A DNA stretch of 16,536 nt from Nanobdellota archaeon (GCA_038046345.1 JBBSWJ010000008.1:1-16536), one strand, 5' to 3'; shown: positions 1 through 7,974, numbered from the stretch's first letter. Notes: generated by a model not told the origin, from the letters alone. Numbers and translations are program-made.

Positions 1-1242
1 CAGCGGGGATATAGTGTCAAGTTTTTCAATGGTGATATCCAATGGTAGTGAGCCTGTTATTAAAACTGTTTGTAGCTGTTGCATTTCTTGTTCAGCATCG
101 GCTTCAGCAGCTTGTCTTGATTCACCGAAGCCAGGGCCTGAGATTGATATGTCCTGTGTTGTTGACCCCTTCAAGCTTTTATCAATGTTTAAACTGCTAA
201 CAAGACGGTTGTCTAGGTAAAAATCAATTTGTTTAGATAAAATTTCAGAACCAGCATCAGTAACTTCAGTTTCAAGTTTTGATGTGATAACAGAATGACG
301 TTGAGCGGCGTCTTGCCCGATTCTTATGCTAAACTGGAAAATGCATTGATTTCCTGTATTGGTTGTGGTGCAAGAATGAACTCCTGAACAGCTGCCATCA
401 TCTCTGCATACGTATTGGATGTCTGGTTTTCCTCCGGTAAAAACTAGCTCTTCACCAATTTTAGCTTCAAATTTACCTTGGGCTTCAAGAATGTCTTGAA
501 TATCACGTTTTGAAAGTCCAGCTATTTCGATGAGTATAAAGTCTGTTCCTTCTAAGTCTCTTGCTTGTCTGATAGTTAGGTCGGACAGGCCGTACAAGTC
601 TAAGCGGTTTCTTAAAACTGCAATAAGGTCTTTTATGGAAGAATCTTCAATGTTATCACCTGACACTTTGATAAGAACTCTGGTGCCGCCTTCAAGATCT
701 AGACCTTTTTTTATGTTGCTGGTCTGTTCTTTTTTAACAGTAAAGTCTGGTTGACCTCGGGCTAGGTAAGCAATTGTTGCTCCATCGGTTTTTATGTTTA
801 GGCTTTTTGTTGGTAATAATTTATTAATCTCAGCATCAAACTCTTCTTTTGATGATACTGTTGTTCCTTCAACGCCAGTAATTTTAATGCCACTGCGTAA
901 TTCTGGGTGGCCGCTATCAAGAACGGTTAGATCAAAATCAAGTAATAAGTCTATGTCAGTTATAACAGTGATAGTTACGTCATCTACTTCTGTATTAATC
1001 TTAATTTCAGTTGGTTGGTGTTCAAGGTAAGATAAACTGCCTGTAACATCATTAACAGTTTTGATTTCAATGTCATTTATAGACAATAGTTTTTGGTTGT
1101 TTCTCATTCCAAGATTATATGTTTGGCTATTGGGGTCAACTTGATGGATTATTACTCCATCAGCATTTGGGTTTGGGGCAATTGATATTACTGAAAAAAC
1201 AAGTGCAGCAATTAATATCCATACTCTGAATGGAATTTTCAT
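1..1242 (-). CDS. secD: Protein translocase subunit SecD, N-terminal part (runs off the left edge; absent from the ORF track)
   Basis: Manual translation from ATG at 1242 (ATGA overlap with the secF stop; GGAGAGGAG SD-like upstream): MKIPFRVWILIAALVFSVISIAP...KKGLDLEGGTRVL...LRNRLDLYGLSD...QGKFEAKIG...LITGSLPLDITIEKLDTISPL. GLDLxGG and GSLP...ISP are SecD hallmarks, and the gene is adjacent to secF. Confidence 0.93.
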   Translation of the reverse strand, partial: MKIPFRVWILIAALVFSVISIAPNPNADGVIIHQVDPNSQTYNLGMRNNQKLLSINDIEIKTVNDVTGSLSYLEHQPTEIKINTEVDDVTITVITDIDLLLDFDLTVLDSGHPELRSGIKITGVEGTTVSSKEEFDAEINKLLPTKSLNIKTDGATIAYLARGQPDFTVKKEQTSNIKKGLDLEGGTRVLIKVSGDNIEDSSIKDLIAVLRNRLDLYGLSDLTIRQARDLEGTDFILIEIAGLSKRDIQDILEAQGKFEAKIGEELVFTGGKPDIQYVCRDDGSCSGVHSCTTTNTGNQCIFQFSIRIGQDAAQRHSVITSKLETEVTDAGSEILSKQIDFYLDNRLVSSLNIDKSLKGSTTQDISISGPGFGESRQAAEADAEQEMQQLQTVLITGSLPLDITIEKLDTISPL

Positions 1243-2105
1243 TCTCTCCTCTCCACGTATTTTTTAATGATGTACACATTAACAATCCATGTGCTTATCA
1301 TATCAAATAATAGTCCGATTATGATAATAATGAACATCTGTCTTATTATTTCGGCATTAGAAGCGATTGCACCTACAGTCAATGCTGCTAATGTGGTAAA
1401 GGTCATAGTCATGCCGGTTTTTATACTTGAGAATATTTTGCTTTTTAATTCTCCTTGTCGTTTAAGAACACGTGTTGTAAGTAAAACATCAGTATCAATG
1501 GAGTAACCAATTAATAATAGCAGTGCAGCTATTCCGGCAGTTGAGATTTTAATTTCTAGGATATCAAGTGTTGCGATAGTTGTTATCAAATCAAAAAAAG
1601 CAGCTCCGACTACTGCTATGGCCGGGATGAAAGAGCGGAAAGCTATAAGGACAGTGATAGCCATTAAAAGGAAAGCAAACAAAACTGCTTTAATCATTTG
1701 TTTGTAAAAGCTTTTTCCTAAACTGGAGCCTGTTTGTTCTGCAGAGTAGTTTTTATCATTTAGTTCTATCTTTAGCTCTTCTTCAATTGCAGCTTCTAGT
1801 AAGGATATTTCAATCTCTGATGTTTCAATAATTATCCCAGTTGCCTCTTCTGAACCAAAATTAGAAATTTTTTTTACTAGTACTTCTTGATTGAGTTTTT
1901 CTGATAGTGATTTTGCAAGTTTTTCTGTGTCAGCGTTTACTTCTATTCTTGCTGTAACCCCTCCAGTTAATGAAACATCTTTAATAACTATATCTCCGTG
2001 GGTTTTGTATGTATTTACGACTATAATAACGCTGATTAGTAGCAGTATTACAGGAATAACCATTAATTTGCTGAGGTTATTATAATAAAGGTCGCTGATT
2101 GCCAT
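1239..2105 (-). CDS. secF: Protein translocase subunit SecF
   Basis: 288 aa with DVSLTGG, GSSLGKSF, GYSIDTDVLLTTRVLKR and about six hydrophobic segments; coupled to secD by a 4-nt overlap. Confidence 0.95.
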   Translation of the reverse strand: MAISDLYYNNLSKLMVIPVILLLISVIIVVNTYKTHGDIVIKDVSLTGGVTARIEVNADTEKLAKSLSEKLNQEVLVKKISNFGSEEATGIIIETSEIEISLLEAAIEEELKIELNDKNYSAEQTGSSLGKSFYKQMIKAVLFAFLLMAITVLIAFRSFIPAIAVVGAAFFDLITTIATLDILEIKISTAGIAALLLLIGYSIDTDVLLTTRVLKRQGELKSKIFSSIKTGMTMTFTTLAALTVGAIASNAEIIRQMFIIIIIGLLFDMISTWIVNVYIIKKYVERRE

Positions 2106-2126
2106 TCAAGTGTTTTAAACTATTGG

Positions 2127-2134
2127 TTTATAAG
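2127..2134 (-). promoter_or_regulatory. TATA box of secF-secD (probably a leaderless mRNA)
   Basis: CTTATAAA on the minus strand, with 21 nt between it and the secF ATG (2105). Confidence 0.55.
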
Positions 2135-2188
2135 AGTTTAGAAATGTGGTATGTTACTACTTTTAGATAAATTAATGTACATTAAAGG

Positions 2189-2196
2189 TTTATATA
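2189..2196 (+). promoter_or_regulatory. TATA box of the membrane/surface protein gene
   Basis: AAAGG-TTTATATA (BRE-like plus TATA) 20 nt before ATG 2217; argues that 2217, not 2151, is the real start. Confidence 0.6.
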
Positions 2197-2216
2197 ATAT
2201 TTCATCCTATATAATC

Positions 2217-3434
2217 ATGGTACAAATGAGCGGCATTCAAAATAAACTGGTGATGATATCATTGATTTTTTTAGTAATCTTGTTTATTAGACTAATCAAT
2301 GAACCGACAATTACTGCATTAGCTTCTTTAGAAGAAGTCAAACCAGATTTAGTTAGTTTACAAAACCAATATCCAGAGTTGTTTACTGTGATGGGTTGGG
2401 AGGTTAGCAATTTAAATTCCATTGATGAAACAAAAACTTTACCGAGTGATATCCTGGTTGAAACAAAGTACACTGATAATTACATTCCAGAGCCTGATGA
2501 TTTATCCAAGTTTGGCTATGATAAAACTAAAGGATATCTGTTCCAGCAAAAAATTGATATAACAACAACAATAACTGTTTATAAAATAAAATATTATTCT
2601 GGTGAAGAGCAGGTTGTTAGTCTAGTAACTAAACAAATTAGTCCAGAAAGTCAATTAACCAATGTTAATATCTATGAGACCATTCCTGATTATTTGGCAT
2701 CAAAGTTTAAAACAAATACAAAATACACTTTGGAAAGCGGGGCGTATAAGTATAGCTTTACAAGCATAACTAACCAGCTTAACTTAAATTACGCAATTGT
2801 TGATACAGCTGTAGCCTTAGATGATTTGTTTGAGTTTAAGACTATAATCCTGCCAAAAGATGATGCCAGCCTTGATGATCCAGTAGCAAATGATGTGTTT
2901 GAATGTGGTGATGGATACTGTGATGTACCTTTTGAAACTAAGATTGTGTGTCCTAATGATTGTTTGGTTAAAAGAGAATTTCCATGGGATTACGCTATTA
3001 TATTAGCTGCTGTGTTATTTATAGGTTTGATTTATTTTAATGCTTACAAAGGTAATTGGGATTTAAGAAGGCTAACACGTGGAAGATCACCTTTCAGATC
3101 AGAGAGCGAGTTTAATACAGTAAAGACATACATAAAACAAGCAATAGACGGCGGTCAAAAGAAAAGTATTACCAAGAAAAAACTTGAAGAAAAGGGATGG
3201 AAGGGTAAGCAAATAGATTATGCTTATCAAGAGGCAAGGTGGGAGTTAAGGAAAGTAATATTTGACATTACTCCAAAACCGCATAAAGGTGATTTAAGAT
3301 TGTTAGTAATTTATGTAAAGAAATGTATGCTTTTGAATGCTGATCCTTTGTTAGTTAAGAAAAAGCTTAATGAAAAAGGATGGATGCCAGAGCAAATTGA
3401 AGAATCATTTAAACAGGCAAAGAAAGAGTTATAA
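2217..3434 (+). CDS. Uncharacterised membrane-anchored surface protein (signal/anchor, ectodomain, CGDGxC..CPxDC motif, TM helix, two cytoplasmic GW repeats)
   Basis: N-terminal hydrophobic stretch LVMISLIFLVILFI; CGDGYCDVPFETKIVCPNDC at 2904-2963; TM WDYAIILAAVLFIGLIYF; two Y[IV]K...L.EKGW...QI repeats. Confidence 0.75.
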   Translation: MVQMSGIQNKLVMISLIFLVILFIRLINEPTITALASLEEVKPDLVSLQNQYPELFTVMGWEVSNLNSIDETKTLPSDILVETKYTDNYIPEPDDLSKFGYDKTKGYLFQQKIDITTTITVYKIKYYSGEEQVVSLVTKQISPESQLTNVNIYETIPDYLASKFKTNTKYTLESGAYKYSFTSITNQLNLNYAIVDTAVALDDLFEFKTIILPKDDASLDDPVANDVFECGDGYCDVPFETKIVCPNDCLVKREFPWDYAIILAAVLFIGLIYFNAYKGNWDLRRLTRGRSPFRSESEFNTVKTYIKQAIDGGQKKSITKKKLEEKGWKGKQIDYAYQEARWELRKVIFDITPKPHKGDLRLLVIYVKKCMLLNADPLLVKKKLNEKGWMPEQIEESFKQAKKEL

Positions 3435-3456
3435 GTTTTTGGTTTAACTGTTTATC

Positions 3457-3759
3457 ATGGAAGAGTTAATCACTCCGTTTTTGATGCGTATACCAGTAGA
3501 TAGAGATACTCAAGATATTCTTGATAGGCTATTTAATATTTACGGTGATATAAACATAAACACATTAGTGGGTACGCTGAGGAAAAGGTTCAAGTTTAAT
3601 CCTACAGCTATTTTGTCAAGGGAAGGATTTCAAGATATTGTGTTAGCTCGTGGTCGTTATAGATCAAGGTTAGTCTCCGAGGATGTGCATTATTATCCAA
3701 TTCATGGTGTATATATAAAAAAGGATGACAGGTTTATTTACACATCCAAGCCAGATTAA
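3457..3759 (+). CDS. Hypothetical protein (100 aa)
   Basis: ATG-started ORF 22 nt after the previous stop, filling the gap before the tRNA promoter; no motif recognised. Confidence 0.6.
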   Translation: MEELITPFLMRIPVDRDTQDILDRLFNIYGDININTLVGTLRKRFKFNPTAILSREGFQDIVLARGRYRSRLVSEDVHYYPIHGVYIKKDDRFIYTSKPD

Positions 3760-3772
3760 TTTCATGGAAAAG

Positions 3773-3780
3773 TTTATAAT
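3773..3780 (+). promoter_or_regulatory. BRE-TATA of tRNA-Gly
   Basis: GGAAAAG-TTTATAAT; predicted TSS about 3801-3802, giving a ~12-nt leader before G1 at 3814. Confidence 0.6.
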
Positions 3781-3813
3781 CAATAATAAGCGGTTGTTAT
3801 GAAAATAACATAT

Positions 3814-3945
3814 GCACCGGTAGTCTAATGGCCAGGAGTGCAGTTGGTGAACAACCGTACTGGCAAATAGAGGCCTTCCAAGCCTTTGATCTGGGAAATG
3901 CTTAGTGCTACTGAGCGTTCAGAAATTCGAATCCCGGCCGGTGCA
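3814..3945 (+). tRNA. tRNA-Gly(TCC) with two introns (3837-3866 at 23/24; 3896-3925 at 53/54)
   Basis: Removing both introns gives a 72-nt cloverleaf: GCACCGG TA GTCT AATGGCCA GGAT A GAGGC CTTCCAA GCCTT TGAT CTGGG TTCGAAT CCCGG CCGGTGC A. Each intron forms a bulge-helix-bulge (GCCA/TGGC; TCTG/CAGA). No encoded CCA. Confidence 0.92.
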
Positions 3946-3992
3946 CTTATTATCAAGGTAATGAGGTGAACCAGCGTCAAGTTGTGCTAATA

Positions 3993-4000
3993 TTTATATA
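3993..4000 (+). promoter_or_regulatory. TATA box of the deacetylase-glycosyltransferase operon (leaderless)
   Basis: TTTATATA 21 nt before ATG 4022. Confidence 0.6.
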
Positions 4001-4021
4001 TTCTACAAATTTATTATAAAC

Positions 4022-4636
4022 ATGAAAACAATAGTTGTATTCTCCCCTCATAATGATGATTTAGAAGTTGGTTTGGGCGGTACAGTTATGAAACATTTGC
4101 TTGATGGGTATAAAGTTGTAAAATTGGTTTTTTCAGCCGGCCAGATGTCTAACCCCCATCTTAAGGAGGATGTAATCACAAAAAGAAGGGAGAGAGAAGC
4201 GCAGGCAGTTGGTAGAAAGTTTGGGTATAATGAAACAATTTTTTACAGATTAACTGATCAAAATTTAAAAAATGAAATAAGCTCTGTGGCACATGATGTT
4301 AAATCATTACTTAAAAATGAAAAACCAGAAAAGATATATGTCCCTGCATCAAATGATACTCACCCGGATCATAAGGCGGTGCATAATTTTGCAAAAAAGA
4401 TGTTTAGCAGCTCAGAAGTTTATACTTATGAAGTATGGAGTTTAACTGATGAACAGCATCCAGCTGTTTATGTGGATATAACTCCTTTTTTTAAACAAAA
4501 ATTGCAGATGATGAAGATGTTTACTTCAGAAAAAGCTTCGATGCTAATGCAGATTATCCCTGTTTATTTTAGGGCGAGAAAGTATGGTAGAAAAATAAAT
4601 GTAAAATATGCTGAAAAGTTTTACAAGATAAAATGA
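4022..4636 (+). CDS. PIG-L/LmbE-family N-acetylglucosaminyl deacetylase
   Basis: VFSPHNDDLEVGLGG (PHxDD metal motif), R..EA..VG..FG, HPDH and YEVW motifs. Confidence 0.88.
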   Translation: MKTIVVFSPHNDDLEVGLGGTVMKHLLDGYKVVKLVFSAGQMSNPHLKEDVITKRREREAQAVGRKFGYNETIFYRLTDQNLKNEISSVAHDVKSLLKNEKPEKIYVPASNDTHPDHKAVHNFAKKMFSSSEVYTYEVWSLTDEQHPAVYVDITPFFKQKLQMMKMFTSEKASMLMQIIPVYFRARKYGRKINVKYAEKFYKIK

Positions 4637-5685
4637 GAATATTATTTGTAATATCAGGATTTGGATATGGGGATACTATTAGAATGAAGGCTATAATAAG
4701 TGAATTAAGAAAAAGGGTAAGTGATTTGCGGATAATGATTGTAGGATATGGTAATAGTTACAATTATTTTCATAAAAAATATTTAACTTTGAAAATAGGC
4801 AAATTTTATTTTTCAGACCGCGGAAATGTATTTGGATTATCTTTTGTTGTAAGAAACCTTTTTTATCCTATAAGGATGTTTTTTGATTGGAGAAAGCATA
4901 GCAAATCTATAATAAAATTTTCTCCGGATATTATCATCTCAGATGTGCAACCATTTTCTGTGTATGTTGCAGAACGAATAAACAAACCACTCATTAGAGT
5001 ATTCGCATATGATCAAGAACTTTATTCAGTCTTCCCTAAAAAGAATAGCTTATTTAATATTCAGGCTAAAGTTCTTAGTCTTCTTGGAAAGCGTACAACC
5101 CATTTGTTTGTGCCTTCTTTCTTTAAATCTAAAACTAAAGGGAATACACATTATCTCCCGGCTATTATAAAAACAACTTCTGCAAGTTTAGATGATGAAA
5201 CAAGTTTAATGAAAAAACTAAATCTAAAAAGAAAGCCAGTGATAGTTTCTTTAGGCGGGTCTAATTTTGGTTTTGGATTGGCAGAGATTATAAGAAAGAA
5301 TATTTCTAAGTTTGATGATGATTTTATCTTTTTTGGAACGGAAAAAACAATAGCAGCGTATCATTACAACTTTAGAGATAATTATTTAGAGTATCTTAAA
5401 GTTGCTAAGGCAGTTATTTCTTTGGGGGGCAGTATGTCTTTTGCAGAAGCAATTGCATTCAAAAAACCAGTGTTAGCATTCCCGCTTAAAGGGCATTTAG
5501 AGCAAAATCTTAATGCGTATGCCTTGAGAGGGGTTATATGCCAGGGAGATGTAAGTAATCCAGTAAAAGCAGTTAGCATGTTTCTTAAAAAATTACCAGT
5601 ATATCAGAAAAAGATTAATGGACTTCATGCAAACTACAATGGAGCACAAGTGTTTGTTGATTTTTTATTGAAAAATTATGGATAA
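4633..5685 (+). CDS. GT-B glycosyltransferase (MurG/GT28-like, MJ1255-type)
   Basis: N-terminal MRILFVISGFGYGD..R; PDIIISD; C-terminal VSLGGS, GG.MSFAEAIAFKKPVLAFP and GHLEQNLNA; ATGA overlap with the deacetylase. Confidence 0.82.
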   Translation: MRILFVISGFGYGDTIRMKAIISELRKRVSDLRIMIVGYGNSYNYFHKKYLTLKIGKFYFSDRGNVFGLSFVVRNLFYPIRMFFDWRKHSKSIIKFSPDIIISDVQPFSVYVAERINKPLIRVFAYDQELYSVFPKKNSLFNIQAKVLSLLGKRTTHLFVPSFFKSKTKGNTHYLPAIIKTTSASLDDETSLMKKLNLKRKPVIVSLGGSNFGFGLAEIIRKNISKFDDDFIFFGTEKTIAAYHYNFRDNYLEYLKVAKAVISLGGSMSFAEAIAFKKPVLAFPLKGHLEQNLNAYALRGVICQGDVSNPVKAVSMFLKKLPVYQKKINGLHANYNGAQVFVDFLLKNYG

Positions 5686-6420
5686 CCACTCTTTAGCATC
5701 CGGTTTGTTTAATATACCTTCAATAGAGTAAATAACTATTTTTTTTATACCAATACTTTTTGAGGTTTGAATATCATCTTGAAAATCTTTGATAGAGTTA
5801 TATTGTGGTTCGTTTTGGAATATGCCATGATTTGCCAACCCGATAGCAAAATAATCATGTTTGTGATACCTAAAAAATAATTTGTAATACAACCACAAGC
5901 ATGGAAAAAATGTTGTGTAAAAAATAAAATTTCTTTTACAGGTAATATCTTCTGGATACCCGTAGAGTTTTCTTACTGATTTAGGAAACGCAAAACTAGA
6001 TATGATGACATCACCCTTTTTGCATAGCTTTATGATTGTTTCCTGCAAAAGTTTTTTGTTTATTTGTTTTTTAAAGAATGTATATTTAATAAGCCAAAAT
6101 ACCCCCGAGACTAGACCATACTTTTTGTTAGGGAACGGTGGCTCAATATCTATCTTCATTGGAATACCAGCAAATTGGTTAAGCTGTTTAATGTCTTTTT
6201 TTGATGCAAAAGATGAGAACCAGTATCCGTCCTTTAGCTTTAGTATGGGCCATACTCCAACAGTAATATTAATTTTGATTTTGTTTTTATAGTGCAAAAA
6301 CTCTTTTTTTGAAGAGGCGGCAATAAAAATTGAGCATTTTCTGTTATTCAGTAATGAATTTAATTTTGCCCAGTCTACTTCTTCAGGGAACTCGCACCAG
6401 AATAGTATTTCTTGAAACAT
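5665..6420 (-). CDS. Hypothetical protein, possibly a glycoside-hydrolase-like TIM barrel
   Basis: 251-aa ORF with aromatic-rich beta/alpha alternation (FWCEFP, VGVWP, GYWFS, MKIDIEPP, IVIYSIEG); 21-bp convergent overlap with the glycosyltransferase. The fold call is inference. Confidence 0.65.
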   Translation of the reverse strand: MFQEILFWCEFPEEVDWAKLNSLLNNRKCSIFIAASSKKEFLHYKNKIKINITVGVWPILKLKDGYWFSSFASKKDIKQLNQFAGIPMKIDIEPPFPNKKYGLVSGVFWLIKYTFFKKQINKKLLQETIIKLCKKGDVIISSFAFPKSVRKLYGYPEDITCKRNFIFYTTFFPCLWLYYKLFFRYHKHDYFAIGLANHGIFQNEPQYNSIKDFQDDIQTSKSIGIKKIVIYSIEGILNKPDAKEWLSIIFQ

Positions 6421-6466
6421 GTTATTAGTTTATTACACCTAAATAAATAATTTTCTGTGGATAATT

Positions 6467-7294
6467 TTACTTAAACTTATTAGCAATAATGATATGGCAT
6501 AATTGTGCTGCTCCGAATTCTGTTAATGAGTTATTTTCTTGAGGTGCAACTTCAGTTATGTCTGCGCCGATTACTTCTTTATTCTTAAAAATTTCTTGAA
6601 TTAACTCAATGGTGTAGTACCACTCAAGACCGCCTTGTACTGGCGTTCCAGTTCCTGGCATGTGGCAAGGGTCTATGCCATCAACGTCAATTGTTAGATA
6701 AACCTTTTTTGTTAGTATTGAAGAAATTATTTCGTGTATTTTTGGTGTGATTCTATTCCATTCAAATATTTTTATGTTATTCTTTTTAGCGTAATCAAGC
6801 TCTGATTCAGAGTATAGTCTGATGCCTATTGGTACCAAATTAAATCCTAGCTCATGAGCTCTTCTCATTACAGTAGAATGGTGGTATTTCCCAAATGGTA
6901 TTGGATTAAAATCTTCGTCTGTATCTCTTAGATCTAAATGAGCATCAATTTGAACAATTGTAATGTCGTTTGATTTAAATTTTTTTGATATGGCTATTAA
7001 TGGCCCCAAAGAAACGGTATGTTCCCCCCCAATTAGTATAGTGAATTCTTTGTTTTTTTCGTATTCATTTTTAACTGCCTCAATCATTTCTTTAGGATCA
7101 AGATCTTTAATGTTTTCAATTTGTTTGCTCCTTATCTCAACAAAATTTAATAAATTAGACTTACTGAATCTGTCATAGGATTCTACTTGTTCATTAAAGC
7201 ATTCAATAACTTTTTTTGGGCCGTTTGATGCGCCTTTACCAAAAGAGCATGTTTTTTCATAACCTGCTCCTAAAATAATTACTTTGTGTTTCAT
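6467..7294 (-). CDS. speB: Agmatinase (arginase/ureohydrolase family)
   Basis: GASNGP, GGEHTVS, QIDAHLDLRD, TIDVDGIDP..PGTGTPVQGG and GADITEVAP; the metal-ligand set is complete. Confidence 0.9.
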   Translation of the reverse strand: MKHKVIILGAGYEKTCSFGKGASNGPKKVIECFNEQVESYDRFSKSNLLNFVEIRSKQIENIKDLDPKEMIEAVKNEYEKNKEFTILIGGEHTVSLGPLIAISKKFKSNDITIVQIDAHLDLRDTDEDFNPIPFGKYHHSTVMRRAHELGFNLVPIGIRLYSESELDYAKKNNIKIFEWNRITPKIHEIISSILTKKVYLTIDVDGIDPCHMPGTGTPVQGGLEWYYTIELIQEIFKNKEVIGADITEVAPQENNSLTEFGAAQLCHIIIANKFK

Positions 7295-7345
7295 GCTTTT
7301 TTCAAATCAAAAAGTATTATAAATTATACTATTAAGCCAGAGGTT

Positions 7346-7966
7346 ATGAGCATTAAAGTAACTGAAAGTGCTGAATGGTTAAGGCTTCATCCAGTTCAAA
7401 GAATAGAACTAATAAGTGTTTTGATGGATCTTAGGCCGGGATGCCAGATAGAATATGAGCCTGGAAGTAACATAACTAATCTTAGGAATGTTTTTGAGGT
7501 AGCTGGTCTTGAATTTGCTATTGATGGCCTTTTATCTGCTTATTATGCTTCAAATGAAAAAGGATTAATACATTCTTTAGGGCTTGGTGATGTAAGTAAC
7601 TATAACAAGATTTATCCGTGCCCTTGTTGTGCTGACCCTAGGATTATTACTAATTTAGGAAGGTTTTTGTTGTATCCTGTATGCTGTGTTACTGAATTTA
7701 TTCAAGTAGTCAGTAATGATACACAGCATGAAGATTTTTTTAAAAAGTGGTTAGGCCTAGTAGACTCTAGTGATGCTGGTTTATCACTACTGTATTGCTT
7801 TCATATTCCATGTAGCACAGAATGTAAGGACAGCTTAGAATTTGGTTCTCAAGTAAAAGGTCTTTTGGATACAGATTACCCAGAACTTTCAGAATATTTT
7901 TTGCAACATAAGAAAAAATATTTAGCTCATGAATCTGGTATCACTCTCTCAGGGGGAGGGGGTTGA
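7346..7966 (+). CDS. Cys-rich hypothetical protein, DUF483-like
   Basis: Likely start ATG 7346 after GAGGT (the track start 7286 overlaps the speB start). LGRFLLYPVCCVTEF and HIPCSTEC resemble the G..LGYP.CC..F / PC..C pattern I recall for DUF483 (recognition from memory). Confidence 0.6.
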   Translation: MSIKVTESAEWLRLHPVQRIELISVLMDLRPGCQIEYEPGSNITNLRNVFEVAGLEFAIDGLLSAYYASNEKGLIHSLGLGDVSNYNKIYPCPCCADPRIITNLGRFLLYPVCCVTEFIQVVSNDTQHEDFFKKWLGLVDSSDAGLSLLYCFHIPCSTECKDSLEFGSQVKGLLDTDYPELSEYFLQHKKKYLAHESGITLSGGGG

Positions 7967-7968
7967 CT

Positions 7969-7973
7969 AAAAA
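7969..7973 (-). terminator. Oligo-T terminator after the tRNA
   Basis: TTTTT on the minus strand 1 nt after the discriminator base. Confidence 0.4.
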
Positions 7974-7974
7974 C

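Noticed and set aside
14-1030. Plus-strand ORFs 14-220, 530-754 and 794-1030 (also 1267-1506 and 1891-2085)
   Set aside because: Antisense shadows of secD/secF; Ser/Ile-rich with no motifs.
2151-2216. Track start of the 427-aa ORF
   Set aside because: Runs through the TATA box; ATG 2217 fits the promoter spacing.
3963-3969. Perfect SD GAGGTGA after tRNA-Gly
   Set aside because: No plausible start codon or ORF at the right distance; the next gene appears leaderless.
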